Assembly (NCBI GenBank): GCA_043775825.1
Contig: JAYVRX010000088.1
Location: forward strand, 10,598 to 74,597
DNA: 64,000 nucleotides
Origin: Deinococcales bacterium
GTDB taxonomy: Bacteria; Deinococcota; Deinococci; Deinococcales; JAAFIG01
Reading direction: 5' to 3'
Every line of letters starts with the position of its first letter. The first letter of the stretch is position 1. Below the pieces are notes generated by a model. The model did no database searches and was not told the origin of the DNA. It worked only from the letters and a program-made list of their open reading frames with translations. Positions 9,180-18,463 of the stretch are shown in pieces. The translations under genes and the position numbers were made by a program.

Positions 9180-10133
9180 ATGACCTTCAAGATTCGGAAT
9201 TACCAACACCCAGAAGATGCGGCTGGATTTCTCGAGGTTTGGAATACTTGGCAAGTTCCACCACTAACGCTCGAGCAGTATTTACAGCGTGAAGAACAAC
9301 GCCCAGCCTCTGAACGTCCACTCGAGAAAATCTTATTGGAAGTTGATGGTCTGGTTTGTGGTTTTGCACAGGTGATACCGCATTTGTTCGTGCCACCAGG
9401 TTGGGTGGCTACAGGTCTTGTATTGCATCCAGAACATCGCAAACGAGGTTATGGACAAGCCTTATGGTCTGAACTCGAGCAACGGCTTTCAAAGCATTCG
9501 TTACGGGGTTTAGAGGCAACTGTCAGGGATGATGACCCAGAGTCACGAGTATGGGCTGAAGCGCGAGGGTTCAGTTATTACGGGCATCGGTTCACCAGCG
9601 TCTTAAACCTCAAGCAATTTGATGCAGATCGTTTTGTTGAACATTCTGAACGTGTTAAAAATTCTGGAATCGAATTTTTGACGTTCGCTGATCTCGAGCA
9701 AAATGAAGCAAATTGGCTGAAGTTACACAATTATTTCGCAGATTCGTTGCTGCAAACCCCTGACCTCGAGCACAATCCACGCTGGTCACTCGAGCAAGTT
9801 GCCCATGTGCTTCGTGAAAATCCCAATGCCGACAGTGACCGAGTTTTTTTTGCACTTGATTCTGGAAATTGGGTTGGTCTGAGCGTGTTGCTGCTTGATC
9901 GAGGTCAAACGTACAACTTGCTCACGGCTGTTAATCCAAGTCACCGAGGTCGTGGGATTGCACTGGCATTAAAACTCGAGGCGATCAAAACCGCCAAAGC
10001 TTTGGGGTATTCGCAAATGCGCACCAACAACCTCAGCATCAATGCCCCGATGCTCGAGGTCAACAAAAAGTTGGGATTTGAGAATTTGCCTGGACGCTGG
10101 TTAATGCACTCAAGGCTCGAAAAGCCTGTTTAA
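9180..10133 (+). CDS. GNAT family N-acetyltransferase (two acetyltransferase-like halves)
   Basis: 317 aa with acetyl-CoA pocket-like motifs HPEHRKRGYGQALW and NPSHRGRGIALALK. Confidence 0.6.
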   Translation: MTFKIRNYQHPEDAAGFLEVWNTWQVPPLTLEQYLQREEQRPASERPLEKILLEVDGLVCGFAQVIPHLFVPPGWVATGLVLHPEHRKRGYGQALWSELEQRLSKHSLRGLEATVRDDDPESRVWAEARGFSYYGHRFTSVLNLKQFDADRFVEHSERVKNSGIEFLTFADLEQNEANWLKLHNYFADSLLQTPDLEHNPRWSLEQVAHVLRENPNADSDRVFFALDSGNWVGLSVLLLDRGQTYNLLTAVNPSHRGRGIALALKLEAIKTAKALGYSQMRTNNLSINAPMLEVNKKLGFENLPGRWLMHSRLEKPV

Positions 10134-10428
10134 ATCGTGGTTGACGTATTTTCTCAGATTCCTCGAGTTGTCTCATGGTTTGATTTAACGCTTGGGAATT
10201 TCGGTTGTGAACTTGATCTTTTTCGCTGCTTCTCAAGTTACCTGTAAATCCTCGAGCGTTCCGAACCTATAACGATGAGATTGAAGCTGACTTGGGCACT
10301 TTGAGATTGCGGCTTTGCATCCAAAGTTATTGATCGAGCTGCGAACTGCCACGCCAATTCGTGTTCGAGTTTTGGTAGGTATATTCCCTTTGCTCTCAAT
10401 TCACAAAACTCGAGTAGATTAGACCCCA

Positions 10429-11880
10429 ATGACACCGCGCTCGAGATTCGTTTTCTTCGCTAGCCTCGCAGCAATTGTGCTTTCAATTTCCGCGAACGCA
10501 ACCATGCCCAATTTGCCCCTTGAACGCATCAATCGTTTTATTGAAGAACGCCGAGTTTTGGCTGGTGTGCCAGGAATTTCGGTGGTCATGGTGCAAAACG
10601 ATGCAATTGTTTACAGCCACGGTTACGGCTGGGCAAATCTCGAGAAGAAAACACCCATGACCGATGCCACGCTACTGGAGATTGGTTCGACCACCAAAAG
10701 CATGACGGCATTGGCAGTGCTACAACTTCGTGATGTTGGAAAACTCGAGTTAGACCAAACTGTAAAACATTATTTGCCGTGGTTTAAGACGGCAGACAAG
10801 AATAAACTCTCGGATAAAATGACGTTGCGCCAGTGCTTAACGCATACTTCTGGGCTTTCGGACGAATCCATTCCGCACAACACGGCGCTTGATGATTTGG
10901 CGCTCGAGCGCTGGGTGAAAAGTTTTAAAAATTCCAAGCTCGAGTTCGCACCTGGAAGCAAAACCAAATATTCCAATTTTGGTTATGCGGTGCTGGGTTT
11001 GATCGTGCAAAAAGTTTCGGGAGTATCGTTTGAAACGTACCTGAACGAAAATTTGTTCAAGCCGCTCGAGATGCAACGCACCACGCTTGACCCGCAAATT
11101 GCCAGCGAATTGGGTTTGGCGCAAGGCTACCGTGGTACGCCAGAAGGCTCGTTTAAGGCAACGCCAAGGCAATTGGGACGACTGGGTGTTCCTGCGGGTT
11201 CTTTGACGGCTTCTAGCGCTCGAGACGTGGGGAATTACTTGATTATGCAGCTTGACGGCGGGCAGTTTCACGGGCGAAAGATCATTGGCGCAGAATCCTT
11301 GCTCGAGACTCAAAAACCACAGGTGAATTATCATTTTGGAATTGCCACCTACAACCTGATGCACGAAATCAAATACGGTTTTGGTTGGCGCGTGTTTCAA
11401 TCCAGGGGTTTGGATTTGGTGGCGCACAACGGCACGGTTGGGCGTATGGGTTCAATGTTTTTGCTCGCACCAACACAAAAAATGGGGGTTGCAATCTTAT
11501 GGAATCTCGAGGTTGAAGGACTTGATATTGAACTTGCTTTGGGTTTGCTGGATTTTTTGCGAGGCGATGAAAGCGCAATTCTGCCCGTTCCAAGTTCGAC
11601 TCGAACTTTAAAAACCATCAAAACAAACCTCGAGCCGTTCACAGGAATCTACAACTCGATTGAGGGACAGATTAAAGTCAGAATCAATGCAAAAAATCAA
11701 CTCGAGCTTCAAAAATCCGATGCGATTCTGAAACTCGAAGCGACTGGCAAAACAAATTTTGTGGTGCGAGACGCCGCAGAATTCAACTGGCGTTTTCAAA
11801 ACCTCAAGCTCGAGTTCAAACCAACAACAAACGGCATGAACCTCGGGCTTGAAGGAAAACCTTACGCGGTTCGGAAGTAG
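10429..11880 (+). CDS. Serine hydrolase, beta-lactamase/transpeptidase-like family, secreted
   Basis: 483 aa with an N-terminal signal-like segment, the SxxK motif GSTTKSM, and a class C/esterase-like YSN region (KYSNFGY). Confidence 0.8.
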   Translation: MTPRSRFVFFASLAAIVLSISANATMPNLPLERINRFIEERRVLAGVPGISVVMVQNDAIVYSHGYGWANLEKKTPMTDATLLEIGSTTKSMTALAVLQLRDVGKLELDQTVKHYLPWFKTADKNKLSDKMTLRQCLTHTSGLSDESIPHNTALDDLALERWVKSFKNSKLEFAPGSKTKYSNFGYAVLGLIVQKVSGVSFETYLNENLFKPLEMQRTTLDPQIASELGLAQGYRGTPEGSFKATPRQLGRLGVPAGSLTASSARDVGNYLIMQLDGGQFHGRKIIGAESLLETQKPQVNYHFGIATYNLMHEIKYGFGWRVFQSRGLDLVAHNGTVGRMGSMFLLAPTQKMGVAILWNLEVEGLDIELALGLLDFLRGDESAILPVPSSTRTLKTIKTNLEPFTGIYNSIEGQIKVRINAKNQLELQKSDAILKLEATGKTNFVVRDAAEFNWRFQNLKLEFKPTTNGMNLGLEGKPYAVRK

Positions 11881-11882
11881 TT

Positions 11883-12593
11883 TTACTTGCGCGGCGGTTG
11901 ACTTGGACGCACTTCGACACAGCTTGGCAGGGTGCGCGGGTTCATGGCGAGCAAATCCACGACAATCTGAGCAATGTCTTCGGGTTGAATTTTCCAGGCG
12001 TCTTTTTCGTTTGGGGTGTGACCGTTAAAATAGGTTGCCACCGACCCAGGCATGATGTAACTGACTTTAATGCCCAATTTGCGTAAATCCATCATGATGG
12101 CTTCGGAAAAACCGTTTAAACCAAACTTGCTGGCGTTGTACGCAGCACCAAACTCGAACGGATTTTTACCCGCCAAACTCGAGATGGTCAGCACATAACC
12201 CGCACTTTTCTCGAGCGCAGGAATCGCGGCTTTGACGCTGTAAAACACGCCAGTCAAATTGGTATCAATGACCGCATCCCAATCCTCGAGGGTTAAATCT
12301 TGCACGGGTTTAAAAATACCAACGCCAGCGTTTGCCACCAGCACATCCAAACCGCCAAATTCGCTGACGGCTTTGGACACAGCGGCTTCCTGAGCGGTGT
12401 AATCTCGAGCATCGGCTTGCAAACCAACTGCGTGACCTGGGGATAGGGTATTGAGGTGCTTTGCCGCCTCGAGCACTTCGGTTTCGTTGCGGGCGGTGAT
12501 GACCACGTTGTAATCCTTGGCGATGAGTGCCTCTGCGATTGCCAAACCGATGCCCTTAGAACCGCCAGTAACCAATGCTGTTTTCCTATTCAT
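11883..12593 (-). CDS. SDR family oxidoreductase
   Basis: 236 aa with the motifs TGGSKGIG, NAG and YNASK. Confidence 0.85.
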   Translation of the reverse strand: MNRKTALVTGGSKGIGLAIAEALIAKDYNVVITARNETEVLEAAKHLNTLSPGHAVGLQADARDYTAQEAAVSKAVSEFGGLDVLVANAGVGIFKPVQDLTLEDWDAVIDTNLTGVFYSVKAAIPALEKSAGYVLTISSLAGKNPFEFGAAYNASKFGLNGFSEAIMMDLRKLGIKVSYIMPGSVATYFNGHTPNEKDAWKIQPEDIAQIVVDLLAMNPRTLPSCVEVRPSQPPRK

Positions 12594-12642
12594 GGTCGCA
12601 GCTTAACCTTAGCCTCTAAGCTTTTGATGTACCTCGAGGTAC

Positions 12643-12671
12643 AAAAAAAGACGCACCATAACGGTGCGTCT
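12643..12671 (-). terminator. Rho-independent terminator after the SlpA-like gene
   Basis: On the minus strand: AGACGCACC-GUUAU-GGUGCGUCU followed by UUUUUUU. A perfect 14-bp palindrome GTACCTCGAGGTAC lies adjacent (12629-12642). Confidence 0.65.
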
Positions 12672-12688
12672 TTTGAACATGGATTTCT

Positions 12689-14716
12689 CTAGAATCCGAA
12701 TTTAAGACCGGCGCGAACACCAAAACGGAATTTATCAGATGTTTGATTGAGGTAAAAACGTGGATCGCCTTCGATAAACAATCCAAAGTTGTTGCTGAAG
12801 GCAATGTTGATACCAACAATACCGTTGATGAATAAGCTGTTTGCTAAACCAAATTCGCCGCCAACACCTGCACCCAGGTACAAGAATCCGAGGTCAAGCA
12901 CAAGTGCAGGGTTGACACTGAAGTATTTGGCTTGCAGGCTTGGGTTGGTCGAGTTTGGGGCGGTAGCGAATGCCAGGTAATCGCCCGAAACGCGGAAGCC
13001 AATTGGTCCAAGGAAGCGTTTGAAGCCAACCATAACGCTGATGGCGATGTTGTCATTGGCTGCGCCTGAAGGGATTACACCGTAACGTCCACCAATGCCG
13101 ACGTAAAAGTTGGGTGGGGTGCTGACTGGCGCGGGGGTAACAACTGTTGTGGTCGGTGTCGTGACCACTGGGGTGGTATCAACTGGTGTGGTGGGTGTGG
13201 TGGTGGTTGGTGTGGTAGTTTGCCCTGCCAGCTTGTCTGAAAGTTCGGTCACGCTCGCGGCGAGTTCATCGACTTGTCCCTCGAGGGCGGCGATGCGTTC
13301 TTCTTGGGCTTTGAGCTTATCGTCCTGAGATTTCAGTTGATCGGTAATCGCTGGGTCAGTTGCGCCCGGTTTAATACCATCGACCTTGGCTTGCAGTTCA
13401 GCAAGTTTGGCATCTTGGGCTTTGATTTGATCAGCCAGCGCTGGGTCTGCGCCGCCTGGTTTAATGCCCTCAACTTTGGCTTGCAATTCGGCAAGTTTGG
13501 CATCTTGGGCTTTGATCTGATCAGCCAGTGCAGGGTCAGCCGTGCCTGGTGTCATGGCATCAACTTTGGCTTGCAATTCGGCAAGTTTGGTTTCTTGGGC
13601 TTTAAGTTGGTCACTCAAAGCGGGGTCTGTTCCTGGTTTGATCGCATCGACCCGAGCACCAAGGTCTTTGAGTTGAGTCTCGAGCGCCCCAAGGCGAGTG
13701 CCCTGATCGGCGGCGGCGGCACTGGCTGGGTTGGCGCTGGCAATACCTTTGACCTCATCTTGCAAGGCTTTCAAATCGGTTTGCAATTGCGTGAGCTGGT
13801 CGGAATTTTCGGTTGCGGGTTGCGCCTCGAGTTTTGCGATTCGGTCCTCAAGCGCTTTGACTTGAGGACTGAGGTCGGCAACGGCAACAGGTCCAGCCAC
13901 GGCTTTGGCTTGATCCTCGAGGGCAGTTACGCGATTCGCCAGTTCGGTACTGTCAAGTCCAGAAACTTGGTCTTGCAGCTCACTCAGGCTGGTCTCGAGT
14001 TCGGCAAGTTTTTCGGCTTGATCGGTGGTTGGCGCAGTGCCAGCTTGGGTTTTTAAGGCGGCGATGTCAGCTTCGATTGCGGCAATGCGTGCCGATTGTT
14101 GGGCGTCTGGCGCAGCCGCCGTCAGGTCGGTGCGCAAAGCAGTCAATTGAGTCTCGAGGTCGGTGACTTTGGTTTGAAGCGCAGGATCAACCGTTCCCGC
14201 CGCCTGTTGCGATTCAAGTTTTGTGTTTAAAGTTGCTAGCAAATCCTCGAGCGATTTGACGCGCGGTTCTAAGTCCGTGCTGCCAGATGAAGAACCCATT
14301 GCTTTGAGTTGTTCCTCGAGCGTACCAAGCCGTCCATCTTGGTTGGTATTGGTCGTCTCGAGTGCCCCAAGTTGGGTTTTGAGTCCTGCAAGTTCGGCTT
14401 TGACATCATCAATGCCTTTGTTGATGATTGCTTGTCCGTTCGCATCAACGTTGTTCATTGCGCCAGATTGCAACAACCTGTAGAAAATCAGTGCGGCTTG
14501 ATAACGCGATAAGGTCTGCTGCCCTTTAAATGTGCCGTCGGGAAAACCTGTGATCAAACCTTTTGCCGTGACGTAATCCACGGCTTCTTGCGCCCAATGT
14601 CCGGCAGGTACGTCCTGAAAACGGGATTGAGCAATTTTGGCGATGGTGAACCCCATCACCGGGACTCCAAGTCCCAGAGCGGTAACGATGAGCGCTTTGA
14701 CAACGTGTTTTTGCAT
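12689..14716 (-). CDS. SLH-domain outer-membrane/peptidoglycan tether protein (SlpA-like: SLH + long coiled coil + C-terminal beta-barrel)
   Basis: The start at 14716 has a GGAGG SD 5 nt upstream and is followed by a signal peptide MQKHVVKALIVTALGLGVPV. The SLH motif is FQDVPAGHWAQEAVDYVTAKGLITGFPDGTF. A heptad-rich Ala/Gln/Leu central region follows, then an aromatic-rich tail ending ...GLKFGF. Confidence 0.8.
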   Translation of the reverse strand: MQKHVVKALIVTALGLGVPVMGFTIAKIAQSRFQDVPAGHWAQEAVDYVTAKGLITGFPDGTFKGQQTLSRYQAALIFYRLLQSGAMNNVDANGQAIINKGIDDVKAELAGLKTQLGALETTNTNQDGRLGTLEEQLKAMGSSSGSTDLEPRVKSLEDLLATLNTKLESQQAAGTVDPALQTKVTDLETQLTALRTDLTAAAPDAQQSARIAAIEADIAALKTQAGTAPTTDQAEKLAELETSLSELQDQVSGLDSTELANRVTALEDQAKAVAGPVAVADLSPQVKALEDRIAKLEAQPATENSDQLTQLQTDLKALQDEVKGIASANPASAAAADQGTRLGALETQLKDLGARVDAIKPGTDPALSDQLKAQETKLAELQAKVDAMTPGTADPALADQIKAQDAKLAELQAKVEGIKPGGADPALADQIKAQDAKLAELQAKVDGIKPGATDPAITDQLKSQDDKLKAQEERIAALEGQVDELAASVTELSDKLAGQTTTPTTTTPTTPVDTTPVVTTPTTTVVTPAPVSTPPNFYVGIGGRYGVIPSGAANDNIAISVMVGFKRFLGPIGFRVSGDYLAFATAPNSTNPSLQAKYFSVNPALVLDLGFLYLGAGVGGEFGLANSLFINGIVGINIAFSNNFGLFIEGDPRFYLNQTSDKFRFGVRAGLKFGF
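13300..13645 (-). repeat. Tandem 90-bp (30-aa) coding repeats inside the SlpA-like gene, about 4 units
   Basis: Units read (A/T)DPAL(A/S)DQ(I/L)KAQ(D/E)(A/T)KLAELQAKV(D/E)(G/A)(I/M)(K/T)PG(G/A/T). The DNA is near-identical between the two middle units. Confidence 0.85.
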
Positions 14717-15006
14717 AAGAACCTCCGGATTTACCTGCTCCTGGAGGCTACGTTCGCAGCTTTCGATCAACGTGAAAAAATCCTGACGTGGCTCATAAAA
14801 GCCACTCATACAAATGGACTCATGAGAACACTAAGCATTATACTTCACATTTTAATAGTTCTATCTCGAGCTAGACGCGAGTCTTAGAATGTGAAAACCT
14901 GATCTTTAATCATGTTTGTATCATTTTTAAAAAACTTAAATTCAAACAATATTTTTTAAAATCTGATTTACTCAGGGCGTCAACTCGAGCATCAAAAGGA
15001 GTCAAC

Positions 15007-15330
15007 ATGGCATTCGCAAAATGGATTGAACAATTTAGCCAAGTCGAAGTCTGGGCAGGATTAACCGCCAACGTTTTAACGGGCAAAGCTGGGCAAGTTG
15101 GTTTTTTTCATGCCACACAAGACATTCTCGTCCCAGAACACAGCCACGCCGGACAATGGGGCGTGGTGATCGAAGGCACTGTAGAGCTGACCATTGGTGG
15201 CGTGTTGCACATCCTGAAAACCGGCGAGCATTACAACATTCCGGCAGGCGTGCCGCACAGCGCCGTCGTTCTGGCAGGCTCGAGTTTTATTGATGTTTGG
15301 GAAGGCAAACGGCTCGAGGTCAATGATTAA
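15007..15330 (+). CDS. Cupin domain protein
   Basis: 107 aa with cupin motifs EHSHAGQWGVVIEG ... GEHYNIPAGVPH. Confidence 0.6.
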   Translation: MAFAKWIEQFSQVEVWAGLTANVLTGKAGQVGFFHATQDILVPEHSHAGQWGVVIEGTVELTIGGVLHILKTGEHYNIPAGVPHSAVVLAGSSFIDVWEGKRLEVND

Positions 15331-15363
15331 GTTGTAGCTCGGGTTTTGCAGTTTAATTCGGTT

Positions 15364-15843
15364 TTAAGCCCGAATGGTTTTCCCAACCACCCCACCCAAA
15401 CCCTTAAACCTAGAGATTGCCATTCTGTCGGTGCTGATCTCGAGCATTTCGTCGTGGACATCATCGGCGTAATATGCCAGGGCGGTTAAACCTTCGGCAA
15501 ACACGGGGTACAAAAGCGCGGCTATCGGTAGTTCGACGGTCAGTGTAATATCTTCGTCCTCGTCGAGCACGAACTTTGCCAGGTTCATGTCACGGTTGAA
15601 ATGCAGCATGGCTTCAAAGGCTTGGATTTTACAGGTTTCATCGGTTGGGGCTGGCACAAACGGGCTGATGGTCATGTACAACCAAGCGTCGGTGAGGCGA
15701 ATAAAAATGGTGAAAAAACCATTCTCGCCGCGAAAACCGGTACGCCAGACACCATCTTGCAGGGTTTCAAACGTCCAACCGTACTCGCCAAAATACTGTT
15801 CGACGGTTTCATTGCTGATGTTTGGGCTGCCCTCAAATTGCAT
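15364..15843 (-). CDS. YbjN-like domain protein (putative chaperone/sensory fold)
   Basis: 159 aa. Recognised only from overall YbjN-like pattern (WTFE..DG.W...F.GENG.F...IRL). Confidence 0.45.
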   Translation of the reverse strand: MQFEGSPNISNETVEQYFGEYGWTFETLQDGVWRTGFRGENGFFTIFIRLTDAWLYMTISPFVPAPTDETCKIQAFEAMLHFNRDMNLAKFVLDEDEDITLTVELPIAALLYPVFAEGLTALAYYADDVHDEMLEISTDRMAISRFKGLGGVVGKTIRA

Positions 15844-15954
15844 GGTTTTATTTTACGACGCAAAACGCCAGACGCAAAATGCTTCAAACCCCAATCCACC
15901 CCAATCGCTCGAGAAGCAATCTTTGAGCTTGGTGGCTGGTGTTATCCAATGGAA

Positions 15955-16458
15955 TTACAAGCGGTTTGGCAGGTAAAACAACAAATCAAGCGAGGGCGGT
16001 TTGATGCCTTGGGTGCGTAGAAGTACAACAATCTGGGCGGTATGCCGCATCTCGTGAATCATGACGTGCCACAGCAGACCGTCCAACTTAAACCGCTCTG
16101 TTGGCGAATCGTCTATCAACCGTTCTAAGTCGTTTTCTGTCAATATCGCAAGGTAAGTCAGGGTACTTTGCTCCACAGCCCGCCAATAATCGAGCAGCAT
16201 TCCAAGTTCTAAACTCGAGGTGTCTTCAGTGTCTTTTAGGGCAGGAAACGAATTTCGGACAGGCTCATCAGCCAAAATGGTGTAGTGAAGCCAGCCATCC
16301 TCAACGGCGGCAGTGTGAAGTACCAGGTCTTTGATGCAGCGAAACTGTTCACCCTTCATGAGCGGGCGCGACAAAACCTCATCTGGCAGACTTTCGAGTG
16401 TGCTCCACAAATCGCGCCGTGCACGAACAAGGTAATCGTAAGTTTCAGGAATATTCAT
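15955..16458 (-). CDS. DinB family protein
   Basis: 167 aa four-helix DinB pattern with His triad candidates (HTAAVEDGW ... HVMIHEMRHTAQ). Confidence 0.75.
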   Translation of the reverse strand: MNIPETYDYLVRARRDLWSTLESLPDEVLSRPLMKGEQFRCIKDLVLHTAAVEDGWLHYTILADEPVRNSFPALKDTEDTSSLELGMLLDYWRAVEQSTLTYLAILTENDLERLIDDSPTERFKLDGLLWHVMIHEMRHTAQIVVLLRTQGIKPPSLDLLFYLPNRL

Positions 16459-16691
16459 TGATCGCTCCTTGAGAGTTTAGTTCCAAATTTTAAGGTTAAA
16501 TTGTATTTTGATTTCAAATCAAAGCATAACTGATACACATTCTGTCAAAAACCAAACATGCTGGCAAGTTCATCCCCAACAACTGCTCGATGATCCGGCT
16601 CGAGAGAATAACGATTCGTCAAACACCCTTGAAGTTTCTGATCGCGTTAAACTGCTTTATGCTTGTCGATGTCACCACAACATCACTCGAG

Positions 16692-17198
16692 ATGCGCAAC
16701 CAGACCGAGTTCAAACCCTCGAGCCGTATTGTTGAAAACCTCGAGATTGAACGCGCCGAAATACCGTTGCCCGAACTGAATCGTTTTTTGTACACGGCTG
16801 TTGGCGGCGATTACTTTTGGATTGATCGGTTGTCTTGGACGTATGCCCAGTGGGAAACCTGGCTCGAGCGTCCAGACCTCGAGACTTGGCTGGCGTATTT
16901 GAACGGCACGGTGGCAGGTTATTTTGAACTCGAGCGGCGAGCTGAGGGCGTTGAGATTTCAATTTTTGGTTTGATTCCCAAATTTGTTGGGCTGGGTATC
17001 GGTGGCGTGTTGCTTTCACGCTGCATTGCCAGGGCTTGGGAACTTAATCCAACTCGGGTTTGGGTGCACACTTGCAGCTTGGACGGTGCTCAGGCTCTGG
17101 CAAATTACCAAGCTCGGGGTTTTAAAGTCTTTAATCAAGAAACCAAATCTGAAAACCTGCCCGATCAACCTCCTGGCGCTTGGCTTAGCGCTCGTTAA
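16692..17198 (+). CDS. GNAT family N-acetyltransferase
   Basis: Motif A-like GLIPKFVGLGIGGVLLSRCIARAW and a C-terminal YQARGFKVF. The ORF is open from 16590. The ATG at 16692 was chosen by typical family length and is uncertain. Confidence 0.6.
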   Translation: MRNQTEFKPSSRIVENLEIERAEIPLPELNRFLYTAVGGDYFWIDRLSWTYAQWETWLERPDLETWLAYLNGTVAGYFELERRAEGVEISIFGLIPKFVGLGIGGVLLSRCIARAWELNPTRVWVHTCSLDGAQALANYQARGFKVFNQETKSENLPDQPPGAWLSAR

Positions 17199-17401
17199 GG
17201 CAAGTATCGGTTTAATCTCGAGCAGCAAATCTAAGCTCGAGTTTAAGTTTTTAAGCTCGAGCAATACATGCAGTTGCAACGGGCGTAAAACTTTTTATTC
17301 TGAAAGTAGTACCTCTAGCCCTCAAAGTTTCGTATCTGATTCATGGCTTTGGGGTCAATCCTTGCGTGCCTCTCATGGTTGCTGGTTAGGCTTAAAGTCT
17401 C

Positions 17402-18463
17402 ATGCTGGCACGCCGATTTCCATTCTACCTTCTGCGCGAATTTGTCCCACTGTACTTGGTCGGGTTGGTCACGATTTTAATGCTTTTAATGATTGACTTT
17501 TTCGCGTTTCTGGCGGCATCGTTCATCAATTATCACACTCCTATCGATGTCATGTTTCGGGCGCTGATTGACCGAATGCCGTTCTTTTTATCCTACATGA
17601 TTGCGCCAAGCTTGGCGTTTGCGGTGCTGGTCGGTTTGGGGCGGCTGGCAAAAGATTCAGAATTGAAAGCAGTTTACTCGAGCGGCATCCGTCCGATCAC
17701 ACTGCTTGCCCCAATTTTGCTGGTCGGCGCGTTGGCAACGGGCTTGAGTTGGGTCAACGAGAACATCTGGCGTCCAGTAGCCGATCAACGCTTCAAAACC
17801 TCGTATTACGCGATTTGGCATTCAGAGCCGCCAAGGGTTCAGGCGCTTAAATCTTATGCTTCTGAAGACGAAAACACCTTGTACCATGCGGGTTCAATTT
17901 TGCCCGACAAAGACAACAAGCAACTCGCCGAACTTTCGGGCGTGATGATTACCACCCCCAAAGGAATTTACACCGCCACCCGAGGGCGTTGGGATGCAAA
18001 CGCCAAAACCTGGGAGTTGTACAACGTTTATCACACCACCGACGCCGAAACCCAGGCGGTCAGCGACCCCGAGGTGCGCCGCGTCTTCCCATTTACCCTG
18101 CCCGTCGAACCTGACCTTGTGCCACCCGAAGCCCTGCCATTGCCGGACTTGATCGCTCGAGCCTCGAGCAAAGTTTTATCGCAGTCCGAGCGCTACGATG
18201 CACAATTTAAGCTTCACAGGCGTTTTTCTGACCCACTGGCAGCAATGCTGATGGCAATTGTTGGCGGTGCGCTGGGTTTGACCATTTCAAACCGCGCTTG
18301 GGGTTTCGCTGGCACAATTGGTTTGATCGCCGTGTACTGGGGCTTGTGGCAAATCGGTTTTAACCTCGCCTCGGCTCAGGCACTTGCCGCGCCGTTGGCG
18401 GCTTGGTTACCGAGCGCCATCTTTGGCATTGGTGCACTCTTTGGGTTGCGGAGGCTTTTATGA
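17402..18463 (+). CDS. LptF/LptG (YjgP/YjgQ) family permease
   Basis: 353 aa. It has 3 N-terminal TM segments, a periplasmic beta-jellyroll-sized insert, then 3 C-terminal TM segments. The motif RLAKDSELKAVYSSGI is typical of the family. Confidence 0.8.
   Translation: MLARRFPFYLLREFVPLYLVGLVTILMLLMIDFFAFLAASFINYHTPIDVMFRALIDRMPFFLSYMIAPSLAFAVLVGLGRLAKDSELKAVYSSGIRPITLLAPILLVGALATGLSWVNENIWRPVADQRFKTSYYAIWHSEPPRVQALKSYASEDENTLYHAGSILPDKDNKQLAELSGVMITTPKGIYTATRGRWDANAKTWELYNVYHTTDAETQAVSDPEVRRVFPFTLPVEPDLVPPEALPLPDLIARASSKVLSQSERYDAQFKLHRRFSDPLAAMLMAIVGGALGLTISNRAWGFAGTIGLIAVYWGLWQIGFNLASAQALAAPLAAWLPSAIFGIGALFGLRRLL

Noticed and set aside
13300-13645. Tandem repeats here and at 63656-63761, considered as possible CRISPR arrays.
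   Set aside because: The units are contiguous with no unique spacers. One set is in-frame coding sequence, the other has only 3-4 units of 26 bp, and no cas genes are in the window.
13274-14056. 260-aa plus-strand ORF antisense to the SlpA-like gene.
   Set aside because: It is a mirror image of the repetitive coiled-coil coding repeats. Its translation is repetitive (FGILGFDLISQ...) with no start context. The sense gene has an SD, a signal peptide and an SLH domain.
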